Origin: the human T2T-CHM13v2.0 reference genome, Homo sapiens
DNA: 64,000 nt
Direction: 5' to 3'
Assembly (NCBI GenBank): GCA_009914755.4
Contig: CP086569.2
Coordinates: 20,672,001 to 20,736,000 of the forward strand
In this document: positions 29,901 to 48,870 of the stretch, piece after piece
Numbering within the stretch: the first letter of the stretch is position 1
How the letters are laid out: every line of letters begins with the position of its first letter
Program-made: the position numbers and the translations under genes
Notes under the pieces: model-generated
Seen by the model: the letters and a program-made list of their open reading frames with translations, nothing else
What the model was told of the DNA's origin: nothing
Databases searched by the model: none

Positions 29901-32215
29901 TTTTTGTGACTCTATCTCCTTCAGTTCTGCTCTGATCTTAGTTATTTATTGTCCTCTGCTAGCTTTTGAATTTGTTTGCTCTTGCTTCTCTAATTCTTTT
30001 AATTGTTAGGGTGTTGAATTTAGGTCTTCCCTGCTTTCTTGTGTGGGCATTTAGTGCTATAAATTTTCCTTTACACACTTCTTTAAATGTGTCCAAGAGA
30101 TGCTGGTATGTTGCATGTTTTTTCTCATTGGTTTCAAAGAACATCTTTCTTTCTGCCTTCATTTGAATGACTACTATTTACCCAGTAGTTATTCAGGAGC
30201 AGGTTGTTCAGTTTCCATGTAGTTGGCCATTATTGAGGGAGTTTCTTAATCCTGAGCACTAATTTGATTGTAGTGTGGTCTGAGAGACAGTTTGTTGTGA
30301 TTTCTATTCTTTTACATTTGCTGAGTACTGTTTTACTACCAATTATGTGGTTAATTCTCAAATAAGTATAATGTGGTGCTGAGAGGAATGTTTATTCTAT
30401 TGCCTTGAGGTGTAGAGTTCTTAGATGTCTATTAGGTCTGGTTGGTGCAGAACTGAGTTCAAGTCCTCAATATCCTTATTAATATTCTGTCTCATCGATC
30501 TGTCTAATATTGACAGTGAAGTGTTAAAGTCTCCCGTTATTATTGTGTGGGAGTCTAAGTCTCTTTCTAGGTCTCTAAGGATTTTCTTTATGACCCTGAG
30601 TGACCCTGTATTGGATGCATATATATTTAGGATAGTTAGCTCTTCTTGTTGAATTGATCCTTTAACCATTATGTAATGGCCTTCATTTTCTCTTTTGATC
30701 TTTGTTGGTTTAAAGTCTGTTTTATCAGTTAGTAGGATTACACCCCCTGCTTTTTCTTGCTTTCCATTTTCTTGGTAGATATTCCTCCATCCCTTTATTT
30801 TGAGCCTGTGGTTGTCTCTGCACCTGAGATGGGTCTCCTGAATACAGCATACTGATGGGTCTTGACTCTTTATCCAAATTCCCAGTCTGTGTCTTTTAAT
30901 TGTGGCATTTAGCCCATTTACATATAAGGTTAATAATGTTGTGTGTGAATTTGATCCTGTCATTATGATGCTAGCTGGTTATTTTGCCCATTAATTGAAA
31001 CAGTTACTTCATAGCATTGATGGTTTTTACAATTTGTCATGTTTTTGCAGTGGCTGATACCAGTTGTTCCTTTCTATATTTAGTACGTTCTTTAGGAGCT
31101 CTTTTAAGGCAGGCCTGCTGGTGGCAAAATCTCTCAGCATTTGCTTGTCTGTAAAGTATTTTATTTCTCCCTCAGTTTTGAAGCACAGTTTGCCTGGATA
31201 TGCTATTCTGGGTTGAAAATTCATTGCTTTAAGAATGTTGAATATTGGCCCCCACTCTCTTCTCATTTGTGGCATTTCTGCTGAGAGATCCTTTGTTAGT
31301 CTGATGGGCTTCCCCTTGTAAGTAACCCAAACATTCTCTGGCTGCTCTTAACATTTTTTCCTTCATTTCAACCTTGGTGAATCTGACAATTATGTGTCTT
31401 GGGGTTGCTCTTCTCAGGAGGTATCTTTGCAGTGTTCTCTGCATTTACTAAATTTGAAGGTTGGCCAGCCTTGTTTGTTGGGGAAGTTCTCCTGGATAAT
31501 ATCCTGAAGAGTGTTTTCCATCTTAGTTCCCTTCTCCCCATCCCTTTCAGGTACAACAGTCAAACATAGATTTGGATTTTTCACACAGTCCTATATTTCT
31601 TCAAGGCTTTGTTCATTTCTTCTTACTCCTTTTTCTCTAAACTTGTCTCCTCACTTTATTTCATTAATTTGATCTTCAATCAATGATATCCTTTCTTCCA
31701 CTTGATTCAATTGGCTATTAAAGCTTGTGCATGCATCATGAAGTTCTCATGTTTTCATCTGTTTTCATCTCCAGCAGGTCATTTATGGTGTTCTCTACAC
31801 TGCTTATCCTAGTTAGCCATTCATCTAACTTTTTTTTCAAGGTTTTCAGCTTCCTTGCTATTGGGTAGACTATGCTCCTTTAGCTTGGAGAAGTTTGTTA
31901 TTAACAACCTTCTGAAGCCTACTTCTGTCAACTTGTCAAACTCATTCTCTGTCCAGCTTTGTTCCCTTGCTGGTGAGGAGCTGTGATCCTTTGGAGGATA
32001 AGAGGTGCTCTTGTTTTTAGAATTCTCAGCTTTTCTGCTCTGGTTTCTCCGCATGTTTGTGGTTTTATCTACCTTTGGTATTTGATGTTGGTGACCTACA
32101 GATGGGGTTTTGGTGTGGGTTTCCTTTTTGTTGATGTTGATGCTTTTCATTTCTGTTTGTTTGTTTTTCTTCTACCAGTGAGACCACTGGGGGGTCATTT
32201 TTCTAAATGAATTTC
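26950..32215 (-). mobile_element. Near-full-length L1PA-type element, - orientation (~5.27 kb), nested inside the old L1. Has poly-A (as poly-T on +), 3'UTR, ORF2, inter-ORF spacer, ORF1 and only ~70 bp of 5'UTR; both ORFs disrupted
   Basis: Left edge tttttttaaattatactttaagttctagggtacatgtgcacaaggtgcaggtttgttacataggtgtacatatgccatgttggtttgctggacccatcaactcgtcatttacattagataattctcctaatcctatccctcccccaaccc is the reverse complement of the L1 3' end. Minus-strand ORFs: 30421-30963 MTGSNSHTTLLTLYVNGLNATIKRHRLGIWIKSQDPSVCCIQETHL... (ORF2 EN); 29469-29678 ...[29 protein letters not shown]; 28891-29235 RT motifs; 31027-31275 ORF1 C-term ..WGPIFNILKAMNFQPRIAYPGKL.FKTEGEIKYFTDKQMLRDF; 31821-32150 ORF1 N-term ..RRNQSRKAENSKNKSTSYPPKDHSSSPAREQSWTENEFDKLTE. 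Confidence 0.9.
30421..30963 (-). pseudogene. L1 ORF2p N-terminal endonuclease domain remnant (180 aa open stretch)
   Basis: MTGSNSHTTLLTLYVNGLNATIKRHRLGIWIKSQDPSVCCIQETHLRCRDNHRLKIKGWRNIYQENGKQEKAGGVILL...[20 protein letters not shown] matches L1 EN domain start; frame is broken downstream. Confidence 0.9.
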
Positions 32216-32399
32216 ACACACACCCACACCACAACCAACTACCACAAAAAATATGTACTCACTTGTAAGTGGGAGCCAATTCTTAGATATGCATACACAT
32301 CATATGTAAACAAGAGACATTAGAGATTCCAAAATGAGGGAGTAAAGCAGAAGTAGAAAAGCTAAATAAAACTTCCCCATTTAGTGTTATGTTCTTCGT

Positions 32400-35300
32400 C
32401 TGTGTGACAGGATTAATAAAATTCCAAACCTCTGCATGACATAATATATTCTTGTAATAAATCTGAAATTGTAGGCTGATAATTTAAAATAATAAGTAAA
32501 ATTCTAAAAAGATCAATACATTATACATAAAAATACACATTATTGTCAACTGCATATGGAACATTCACCAGGAGAGATTATATTAGGTAAACAAGCAAGT
32601 CTCAATAAACTTAAGAAAGTTAAAATCATATCTCCTGACCTGACCACATGGTATACAATTAGGAATCAATATCAGGCAGATATTTGAAAACTTTAGAAAT
32701 ACATGAAATTTAAACATACCCCTGAACAGCAAATACTTGAATAAAAATATTGAAAAAATGCAAAAATGTTTTGAGAAAAATAAAAATGAATATGCAATTT
32801 ACCAAAATCTATGGCATAAATAAAAAGAGCTTTTTTAAGTTAACAGCAATTTCTTTTTACTGAAGAACATCTCAAATAAAGATTCTAATAATGCACCTCA
32901 AGGAAATAAAAAGACATACAGAAAAAACTATCCCCAAGGGTAGTACAAAGAAAGAGATAATAAGTATAAGAAAAACATTTTAAAAAGTGAGTTAAAACAA
33001 TAAAAATTAATAATGTAAATTGTTTTGGAATGATAGATAGAAGCAAAAGACCTTTACCTAAACTCAGTAAAAAGAGAGAAAACCCAAATAAATAAAATAA
33101 GAAATAAAGAATACATCCCAACTCATGCCACAGAGAATTATATAATATTATTATTAACATTTATTAGTTAACACCTTTTAAATCCTAGAGAAATAGGTAT
33201 ACTTCTGGACACATAAAACCTACTAAAATAAAATGTAAAGAAATAAAAAAATTGAAAAGAACAACAACGAATAAGGAGATTAAATAAGAAATAAACAATA
33301 TTAAAAAAATCTCAGGATATTATGACATTATTGGTCAATGCTAAAGAAATTTAAGAAGGGGACTACTGTGAATTTTTCTCATACTCTTCCAAAAACTTCA
33401 GAAGGTAGTACTTCAAAACTCCATTTTACAATGCCAGCATTAATATGATAGAATTATCAGACAGCAGCACAACAACAACGTCAAAACTACAGACCAATAT
33501 TTCTGACAAATGTACATGCCAAAAATCCTCTAAAAAATACTAGCAAATCAAATTCAATACCACAATTAAGAAATCATTTATTACACTCAAATGGAATTCA
33601 TCCCAGGGGTGAAAGAATACTTTAATATTTACAATTTAATACACATGATACTTTATAGTAACAATAATAGATAGAATTATATAATTATTTAAATAGATGC
33701 AGAAGGATTTGACAAAATTCAACATTCTTTTATGATATAATTTTCAAATATTTGATGTAAAAGAAATATATCCAACACAATAAAAGCCACATTTGACTAA
33801 CCCACAGGTAACACTATACTGAATGCTTGAAAGCACAAACCTTTTACTCTAAGACATGGAAAAAGACAAGAATGTCCACTTTCACCACTTTTATTCAACA
33901 TAGTATTAAAATGTGTAGCTAGATCTATTATATTAACAAAAAATGGAAAACATCAAAGTTGAAAGAAAAAAGTCAAACTGTCCCATTTTACAGTTGACAG
34001 GATATTATATATATGTAAATTTGAACAAGCCACCAAAAAATCCTGTTAGAATTAACAAATAAAAATAAAATGAGTAGAGTTGGAAATAAAAAATCAACAT
34101 GTGAAAATCAGGAGAGTTTCTACACATGTATAGTAAAATGAGAAAAATTTTCAAGAATCTCATTTACAATAACTATAAAAACAGATAAAAATTAATTTAA
34201 TTAAGAATTATACACTAAAAGCTGTAAAAGATTGACAACAAATTGAATAAAGTGTAAATAAATTGAAGGATATTTACTTTTAGAGATTGGAAATATTAAT
34301 ATCATTAAAATATCTATAAAACCCAAAGTAATATATCAATTTAATCCACTATCAAAATATGAGGGACATTCTTTACACAAACAGAAAAAAAAAAAACCTC
34401 TTAAGCTTTGTGTTGACTCAAAGACTCCAGAAAGCCAAAGCAATACTGAACAAAATAACAAAACTGGAGGCATGATGTTACATACTTCTAAATATAATGT
34501 GATACAACAGTAAACAAAACAGTGAAATAGCATGGTATTGATAAAGATAGATTAATAAAACCAAACAGAAAGCCTCAAAATATTTACTATCAACTAATTT
34601 TTGGCAAAGAAACCAGGAAAACATAAGATGGAAAAAAAGTGTCTTCATTATAGTGAAAAAAATGGAATATGCTCCTACAAATAATAAAATCAGATGTTTA
34701 TCTCACATGATTACAAAAATAAACTTTAAATAAATCAGAGACTTAAATACAACCCTGACTTTAAAAAATTACTAGAAAGAAAGCTACTGAAGTTACTTTC
34801 AGACACTGAGTTTGGCAATAACTTTCTGAATGAGATCTCAAAAAGCAGGCAACAAAAACAAAAATAGGCAATCAGATGCATCAAGCCAAAGAGCCTCTGC
34901 ATAGCAAAATATGCATTTGATAAAATAAAAAGACAACCTACAGAATAAAAAAGATATTGGTAAATTCTGCATCTGATAAGATATTCAAATCTAAAAAATG
35001 TAAGGAATTCAAAACATAATAGCAAGAAAAACAAAATCACTAACAACCCAATTTTTATAGACAAAATATTTTAATAGATATTTTTCTAAAAAAGACATAT
35101 AAATGGTAAAATGTATATAAAAATGCTCTGCATGACTAAGCATAAGAAAATGGTAAATAAAAACCACAATTAGATTTTTCCTCAGTTCATTTAGAATGCA
35201 TGTTATCAAAGAATAAAAGATAAGAAGTGCTGGTAAGAATGTGGGAAGAAAAAACACATGTTATTGGTAGGTAAATTAGTACAACGATTTTGGAAAATAA

Positions 35301-36000
35301 TACAAACATATCCAAAAAGTTAAAAACAGAAATAGTTAACAAACCTGCAGTTACTCTACTTGCTATATATCCAAAACTAAAATAAAACTAGTGCAACCAA
35401 GAAATATCAGCACTGACAAGTTTATTGAAGCACTATTCACCATAACCAAGATATTAACTCAACCTAAATGTATATTAGAAGATGAATGAAGAAAATATAC
35501 TACATACAGTGAACCTAATATTATTCACCCATAAAAATAATAAAATTATGTCATTTGTGAGACACGAATAAACCTGAAAAATACTTTGCTGAATAAAATA
35601 ACCCAGGAATAGAAAGAGCAATACCATATAATCTCACTCATATGTGGAGTGTAAAAAAGGTGATTTCATAAATAGAATAAAATAGTAAATAAGTGAGGCT
35701 AACATTAATGGAGGAAGAAGGCAGTAAAAAGAGGCTGGCCAAAGAGTACACAATTACATTTAATCAGGTATGATAAATTTAAGAATTATATTATATAGGA
35801 CTGTGACTGCAGCTAATAATGACATACTATACTCTTCAAAAGTAGGGAATAATTCTTAAGAGCTATCATTAGAAAACTAATAATTATGTAAGGTTATTCA
35901 TTAATAAGCTAAAAGTAATCACTCCATAGTACATATGTACCAAAAAAATCATGATGTGCATGATAAATACATACAATAGTATCTGTCAAACTTAAAAATT
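32400..36000 (+). mobile_element. Very old L1 (L1M family) copy: RT domain, C-terminal region and L1M-type 3'UTR, highly diverged and AT-rich
   Basis: 33420-34000 ..YQPIFLTNVHAKNPLKNTSKSNSIPQLRNHLLHSNGIHPRGERIL*YLQFNTHDTL**Q**IEL.. and ..[67 protein letters not shown].. (RT motifs [37 protein letters not shown]). 35400-35700 L1M 3' region ..cactattcaccataaccaagatattaactcaacctaaatgtatattagaagatgaatgaagaaaatatactacatacagtgaacctaatattattcacccataaaaataataaaattatgtcatttgtgagacacgaataaacctg. Confidence 0.75.
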
Positions 36001-36170
36001 TCATACCAAGAAGATACAGAATTGTTCATTACCTGATGACTTTCCTACTGAATTCTATAAAATAGTTAAAGAATGAATATTAATTCTTCTAAAACGTTTA
36101 TAAATAACTAAGAGAAAGAAACATTGTTCAGACTTCCTTAGCAAGATCTGCTTTAAAAATGTAAGAAATT

Positions 36171-42150
<5,980 letters not shown>

Positions 42151-42224
42151 GTGAATAAATGTATGTGTAAATGTGTTAATGTTGGCAAGTTAAAATAAAT
42201 AAATAAGTAAAGGAAGACTCAGTA

Positions 42225-42345
42225 ATGCAGTAATGCTGTAATTCTTTAGTTATGGTTCTGCCAGGAACAGTGTTATTAGGGGTATAAGTACTGCATTAGA
42301 TCCTGATCGTGACACAAACTCCACCTGTAAGAAATTCAAAACCTA
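42225..42345 (+). repeat. Short ERV-derived fragment (~120 bp) homologous to the env-TM region of the provirus at 44760-44880
   Basis: taatgctgtaattctttagttatggttctgccaggaacagtgttattaggggtataagtactgcattagatcctgatcgtgacacaaactccacctg versus taatgctttagttatggtcctgccaggagcagtatcattagggtagggatataagtacagcattgggtcctgatcatgacacaaactccacctt; high identity by eye. Confidence 0.7.
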
Positions 42346-42349
42346 ATAG

Positions 42350-43410
42350 TGATAAAAACAAAACCAGCTAAGAACCCAATTTTTTAAAAGGCAAAATATT
42401 TTAATAATACGAATTTTATTTTAATATTTTAAAATTTTAAAAAATTTTAATAAGAAGACATATAAATCTCAATAAGTATATAAAAATAGCAAGGCCAGCA
42501 ACCTAATATTAAATCCAGGGAAGGATAAACACATACAGACACAGACACAAGCAGACAACTACAGACCAATGTTTATTATAAACAGAGATGCAAAAATATT
42601 CAACGAAATAGTAGTAAAAAAAGTTCAATAATATATTAAAAGAATTTATTTGCTATGGTTATGTAACATTTATCTCAGGGATAAAAAATGGTTCAATGTA
42701 CCCCATTACATAAATGAATACGCCATATTTATAGGACAAAGACAGAAAAATCGTGTGATCATTTAAAAATATTTGAACAAGCATTAACATAGTTAACCAT
42801 ATTTTTATGTTTAAATATCCTCAAGGTACTACATATAGAAGGAATGTATATGATCACAATAAAGGCTGTAGATGATGAATTTCTAATTGGAAGTTTTTTT
42901 CTAAGATTAGAAACAGAACAAGAATATCAATACATTTTTCAGTATAGTGCTGGAATTCCTAGCCAGAGAGTTTAGAAAATAGTAACAAGGAAAATATATT
43001 CTAACAGAAAGGAATAAGTGAAGTATATTCTAGTTGCTGATGACATAATCTTATATTTAGAAGCTCATGATTTTGTCAGAAAAACCCATGAGAGTTTGAA
43101 AAATAAACTTAGTAAAGTTACAGGTTATAAGATCAACATACAAAAAAGTCATGCTTTTTTTAAATTTTAAGTTGTTTTTAATTTTATTGTGGGTATGAAA
43201 GAGATAGATATATTTACAGGGTATATAAGATGTTTCAATACAGAAATGTAATATGATATGAACACTTCTATGGAGAACAGAGTAACCATCCCTTAAAGCA
43301 TTTATTGTTTGAGTTACAATTTAATTACATTATTTAAATTATATAAAAATATACAGTTATTATAGACTATAGCCACCCTATTTTGCTATCAAATATCAAA
43401 CTATTTAGAA
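42350..43410 (+). mobile_element. Old L1 (L1M-type) fragment: RT domain (FADD region) plus L1M/L1P-type 3'UTR end
   Basis: ..DAKIFNEIVVKKVQ*YIKRIYLLWLCNIYLRDKKWFNVPHYINEYAIFIGQRQKNRVII*KYLNKH*HS*PYFYV*ISSRYYI*KECI*SQ*RL*MMNF*LEVFF*D*KQNKNINTFFSIVLEFLAREFRK**QGKYILTERNK*SIF*LLMT*SYI*KLMILSEKPMRV*KIN.VKLQVIRSTYKKVML matches L1 RT (DAKILNKI..DKIQH..NIVLE..LFADD..GYKINIQKS). 43150-43410 ggtatataagatgtttcaatacag...gagtaaccatcccttaaagcatttattgtttgagttacaatttaattacattatttaaattatataaaaatatacagttattatagactatagccaccctattttgctatcaaatatcaaactatt matches the L1 3'UTR of older families. Confidence 0.8.
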
Positions 43411-43749
43411 ACAGCTAGTGTGCATGACTCTCATGGAAAATAACAAAAAAGTGAGTAAATACAACACCTTCAACAGAAATATCCAGGAGCCAAGAGAACC
43501 TCCCCCACCCAGGGAAGTGGTAAGTGAATATGTAACCCCGAAAAATCACACTTCTTCCACAAACGTTTGTAACCCTCAGATAAGAAAATCTCTTTGCTAA
43601 CCCATTCCACCAGTGCATTTAGTGTAACAGACAGAGCTAAGCAGAGTCTCCACAAAGCAGCCATTCTAGCATCAATAAAGACCCTGGAGACTTAGATACT
43701 CAGGCTTTCCAGCAAAAACAGCTATAGCTTCAGTACAGTGGGAGGTTAG

Positions 43750-43916
43750 GACCTGGCATGGTGGTTCATGCCTGTAATCCCAGAACCTTGGGAGGCCGAG
43801 GCACATGGATCATGAGGTCAAAAGATTGAGATTATCCTGGCCAACATGGTGAAACCCCTTCTCTACTAAAAATACAAGAATTAGCTGGGTGTGGTGGCAT
43901 GTGCCTGTAATCCCAG
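43750..43916 (+). mobile_element. Alu SINE, + orientation, 5' portion (left monomer and start of right monomer); the same Alu resumes at 52550 and is split by the provirus
   Basis: gacctggcatggtggttcatgcctgtaatcccagaaccttgggaggccgaggcacatggatcatgaggtcaaaagattgagattatcctggccaacatggtgaaaccccttctctactaaaaatacaagaattagctgggtgtggtggcatgtgcctgtaatcccag, immediately followed by the LTR start tgaggaag. Confidence 0.9.
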
Positions 43917-44426
43917 TGAGGAAGAAAGCTCAAAATCCTAAGGAAATTGAACACTCAAAACAAAAGATTCTTAGCAAAGCAATTTTACTTCTGCACAGAT
44001 GGGTGCCTCCTTGGCTAGTCATGATGAGCGCACACCTGAACAAAGGGGCGTGACAGCCTTTATTTCTGATGCAAGCCCTGCCCCTGTACCCTTTCTCCAT
44101 TGGCTAGGTCTGGGTCATACAATCTCAGCTAATTCCAGTTGGCTAAACATTTGATTTTTTTAGATAAAGTGGGCACGTAAAAGAAAGCAGAGAAGAAAGG
44201 GGAAGGGGTGTCTGTAATAAGCTAGAAAGTTAGAGTCCTCTTTACAAATAAGGAAAGGAATGTGAGCTGGTACTGATAACGCCTGGTACTGTGGTGTGCC
44301 TGGGCATCTAACCAACGCAAAAAGAAAAAAAAAAAGGAGAAAAAAGAAAAAGAGCAGGAGGTACTATGAATTAGAGAATAAAAGATTGATCAGGTTATTT
44401 GAGGAGAAACCACATCATATCCCAGA
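43917..44426 (-). repeat. 3' LTR of the provirus (510 bp)
   Basis: + strand tgaggaagaaagctcaaaatcctaaggaaattgaacactc...gagaaaccacatcatatcccaga. Homologous to 52024-52549; contains minus-strand AATAAA (+ strand tttatt at ~44058-44063). Confidence 0.88.
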
Positions 44427-44450
44427 GCTTCCCTTTCTTCCTTTTTTTTG
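44427..44450 (-). promoter_or_regulatory. Polypurine tract (PPT) of the provirus
   Basis: + strand gcttccctttcttccttttttttg is the reverse complement of caaaaaaaaggaagaaagggaagc, directly adjacent to the 3' LTR boundary on the internal side. Confidence 0.75.
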
Positions 44451-44488
44451 TAACTCTTTCTCCTCAAATCTTTCAGCATAGTTTGGCT

Positions 44489-44862
44489 TCATTGTTCTAC
44501 TTGGTCTTCTAGAAGGAAAAGCTTATTTGAATCAGGGGGAGGAGGATTGTAAGAGGTTTCAGTGAGAGCTGTTTTAGTATGTCTTTTTGTTAATCTTTGG
44601 GCACAGGGTATGATGCAGCATCTTACGAGAATAAGCAATCCCATTCCAATGGCCAGAGAAATGAAGATTGAGGATGTAAGTCCCTTCCATCTACAGAACA
44701 ATTTCCAATGAAATTTGTGAAGGGATCTTTTAGTCCAGAATTTTTGGCTAGCCCATTTGACAGAGCAGTAAGACCCTGTAATGCTTTAGTTATGGTCCTG
44801 CCAGGAGCAGTATCATTAGGGTAGGGATATAAGTACAGCATTGGGTCCTGATCATGACACAA
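44489..44862 (-). pseudogene. Retroviral env transmembrane (TM) subunit remnant (membrane-spanning segment and cytoplasmic tail)
   Basis: Minus ORFs 44623-44862 (..ALQGLTALSNGLAKNSGLKDPFTNFIGNCSVDGRDL..) and 44489-44701 (..WKGLTSSIFISLAIGMGLLILVRCCIIPCAQRLTKRH..) look like the ectodomain-proximal region and hydrophobic anchor. Position just upstream of the PPT/3'LTR fits env. Confidence 0.65.
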
Positions 44863-47800
44863 ACTCCACCTTGTTTTGCTAGTATCATGTCTAATGCTAT
44901 CCTATTTTCCCGGGCCATTTGACTGATGGGTCCTAATTATTCAGCTAGCTATTCCTTTAATAGCATCTCTAGTAGTATTAATAAATCATTGCTGATTGTA
45001 TTGAATGTAATTTATCCAATTCACATTTTTATTTACAGTTAACCACCAGAAGAACATACATTCAAATCCAGCAATTATTTGATTTTGGGGCTTAAATTTA
45101 TTTGGCACTCCTCTTGGGACCCCAATGGCATCTATATAAACATGAGAATTGAAGGACCAATGTGGGGGCCTCTCTTATTTGATGATATTTTGTTCCTACC
45201 CTTTCCGGTTGATGAAATGCCAGGGCAAAAGGGATGGCCAATTGAATTAGAGCACACATTCTACTCCAGTTACTTGGCAGAGCATCTAGTATTGGTCCAC
45301 CACAATACCAGCACACATCCCCTCAAGGATGGCTAAGAACAGTCTGTTGGGTAAGCTCTTAGAAGGGATTAAGCTCACTGCATCCCATTAAGGATACCGG
45401 CAATGCCAAGTTCTCTCCCTGTCGTCACAGACACAAAGGAGAATGGTCATTGGGAGATGGAGGCTGAATGGCCCTTGGGGGCTGACCTGCAGGATGTTGA
45501 ACTTTAGGGAACAGCAGAGAAAAAGCTTGGCGTGATTTGTTGCCCCAGACTGAGGGGTTTTGGAAGAGAGCTACCATACAGCTCATGCCCGGTCAGCTAG
45601 AAGACCATCCAAGTGGAAAGGGGACAATCTGGGCCTCTGGTCTACCATGCACACAAGGGTAACATTCACTGTTGTTTAAAGTGCAGAAGGAATACTTAAT
45701 CCATTCCAGCCAAGCATTTGCATATTGATATCCTGTGTCTACAGCTATAGTTTGCCTTAAGTTTTCTACCTCCACAACCATTACCTTGGTTGGGTCATTT
45801 TGGAGATGGGAGGAGGATGTTGGATTTGCTATACATGGGCAAAGCATTGGGTTCCATGTGTGTCCCGGACTTTGTCTCTGAACTCCTTTATAATTGTTAT
45901 CCAATGTTTTAAATAACGTTAGGGAGAAGATTCCTATAGGGTCCTGTCTTCAATGTCTGCTCCTAACCCATACCATATGAATAGAGACAGCTCTTCGGCC
46001 ATCATCCGGGAATTATTTATAATCAGCAACAAGGAGTTACAGTGGAATAGCTTACAATTTGGTGGGGTGGGACAACAGACTAGTTGGAGTTTTTGTTTCA
46101 GTCCTCGTAACTTATTTGAAGTGGGGGGTTGGCTGTCCACCGTTTGTACTTAGTATTCCACCAAACATCTGCCCAGTCAACTCAGGGACTTTTTAAAGCT
46201 CCATACTTGCTTGATTCTTTGCGGTATGGACATAGATACTTATCAACATGGGATAGCTTCCTTTGAGCTTGCTCATCTCTACACAGGATGACTGAACACG
46301 TGTTGAACTGAAGAGTTAACAGATGAGTAACCTGCATTACACTGATGACAAGATGACCTTCTGTTGAAAAGAAAAAAGAGAATAAACAAGTGATTATTAA
46401 GCTCATTTTAGAGTTAGTTTGGTGGGAGTGGGCCCTGGAGTGACAGTCCATGATTCTGGAGGTGGCAGCGCCTCCTTGACTTGGGTGTGATGAGCCTATC
46501 CTCTTTCTGCTTATAGGTCTTCAGCAACTATCTATCTTGTTTGGCCAGGGTGTAAATTCTCATATACTCATAAACTCAGAGAAAGGCATTGCACATTGCT
46601 TGGGGTCCCCAAAGGGCCCCCTGATGTAATTGAGACAAGACCTCCCTCATGAGAGGTTTTGACAACATCTCCTTTTGATTTGGTAATATGCATTTCCCTT
46701 CTGCATTCTCTTTAGCTGCTATTTTTATCAAGTTCTCTTTTTCAATGGAAGAGAAAATTGGAGTTGCAGTAGGAGAAGGGAGGCATGGAGTTAAATGAAA
46801 AACAGGCATTTTGGAAGAAACAGCAACTTGTTTTGCTGTCTGATCTGCAAGATTATTTCCCTGACTTGTGAAAGACCAGTCCCTTTGGTGCCCTGGGACA
46901 TCTACAATGCTATCACTGCCAGCAATTGGAGATTGTTGAGGACAGGAGTAATCAGTTCTCTGTGAACTACATCTTGGCCTCTACTATTGAAAAAACCCCT
47001 CTCCATTCAAATTTTCCCAAATGTGTGTTCCACCCAAAGGCATACTTAGAGTCAGTATAGATAGTTCCTTCTTGGTTTTGTAAATGTCCTAAAGCTTGGT
47101 TGAGTGCAAACAGTTCACACATTTGGGCAGATCAGTTACTAGGCAGCCTTCCCGATTCTACTTCTTCAAGCATCTCTCCATCAATCACTGAATGCTCATT
47201 ATGTCTTTTCCTTTCAATCACCTGGGATGACCTATATTTGAATAAGTGTTGCCTTGTCTTGAAGGGAGTTTCTCCTAAGTTTGGTTGAACTTTTTTATGG
47301 CAATCAATCAGACCTAAACATGTGTGGTCTCATTTTAAGTTTGGATCCTTTGTTAAAAAGCCTGCTGGATTAAGTGAATTATCAGTAGTTTATATTAAAT
47401 AATCTTTTTTCCAGTAAGAGAGCCTCCTATTTTAAAATTCTTGAGTCAGTGATCCATATCCCTGCTTTCTGATTTAATATCGTTCTAACTTGGTGGGGCA
47501 TGCTTACTGTTAACTTTCCTCCAAATATTAGCTTCCTACTTTCTTTGACTAATACTTCTGTAACTGTGATGGATTGGATACACTGGGGCCATCCATTAGT
47601 GACTGGGTCTAAGACCTTTGACAAGAAGGCCACAGGCTGCCAGCAACCTCCATGTTCTTGGGTGAGCACTCCTAGGCCCACCCAGTTGTTTACATTAATG
47701 AAAAGGTAAAATGGCTTTTCTAGGGAGGGTAGAGCTAGAATGTGGCAGTTATGAACCTCTCTTTTAATCCTTCAATTTGCTGGATTTCCTGGGAAGTCCA

Positions 47801-47920
47801 TGAGAAATAATCAGGCTTCCACTGGGCAAGTTTCTCATATAGATGTTTACTTTTTAATGCATATGAGTCAATCCATAAACAACAATATCCAATTAGCCCT
47901 AAGAATTTCCTGAATCCTGA

Positions 47921-48197
<277 letters not shown>

Positions 48198-48219
<22 letters not shown>

Positions 48220-48790
48220 TTCCTGAGTTCCTGTTTAGTTTGAGGCAGGGGCAGGGAAACAATTCCCTCCACTGTTTCAGGTCCTATTCTTTGTTTACTT
48301 GCACTTATTAGGTGGCCTAAGTATTTAAGTTTAGATTCTACATACTGAAGTTTCCCTTTTGAGACCCACAACTCCTCACATTGCAAGTGATTGAGAAAGT
48401 GTGTGGAGAAGTCACCTATTTCTTTTATGTTTTTACCAGATATAAGAAGATCATCCATGTACTGAAGCAGACATATTTGTTTAGGGACTGTAACTTTCTC
48501 TAGTACTTGTTCTAGGATGTGACTAAAGAGGTTGAGGAAATCTGAGAACTCCTGGGGCAAGACTGTCCGTTGATATTGTTGTCTCTGCCCTGAATAGGGG
48601 TCTTCCCACTCAAAAGCATATATATCTTGGCTATCCTTAGCCAAGGGCATGCCCAGAAGGCATCCTTCAAATCTATCACTGTAAACCACTGATGATTGTA
48701 TGGAATTGTGCTAAGAATGATGTAAGGGTTAGGAACAATGGGGTGAGTGGTCTGTATTATTTGATTAATAGCTCTAAGGTCTTGCACCAA
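48198..48790 (-). pseudogene. Retroviral reverse transcriptase remnant (fingers/palm incl. YMDD); two overlapping frames
   Basis: 48512-48790 minus: MVQDLRAINQIIQTTHPIVPNPYIILSTIPYNHQWFTVIDLKDAFWACP...; 48198-48689 minus: ...VLPQEFSDFLNLFSHILEQVLEKVTVPKQICLLQYMDDLLISGKNIKE.... A frameshift between the two frames means a non-functional gene. Confidence 0.85.
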
Positions 48791-48870
48791 TTGATGTGAC
48801 CCATCTGATTTCTTGACAGGCAGGATTGGGGTATATACAGGGCTCTAGAAGCTCATCTTTAATGAGACCC

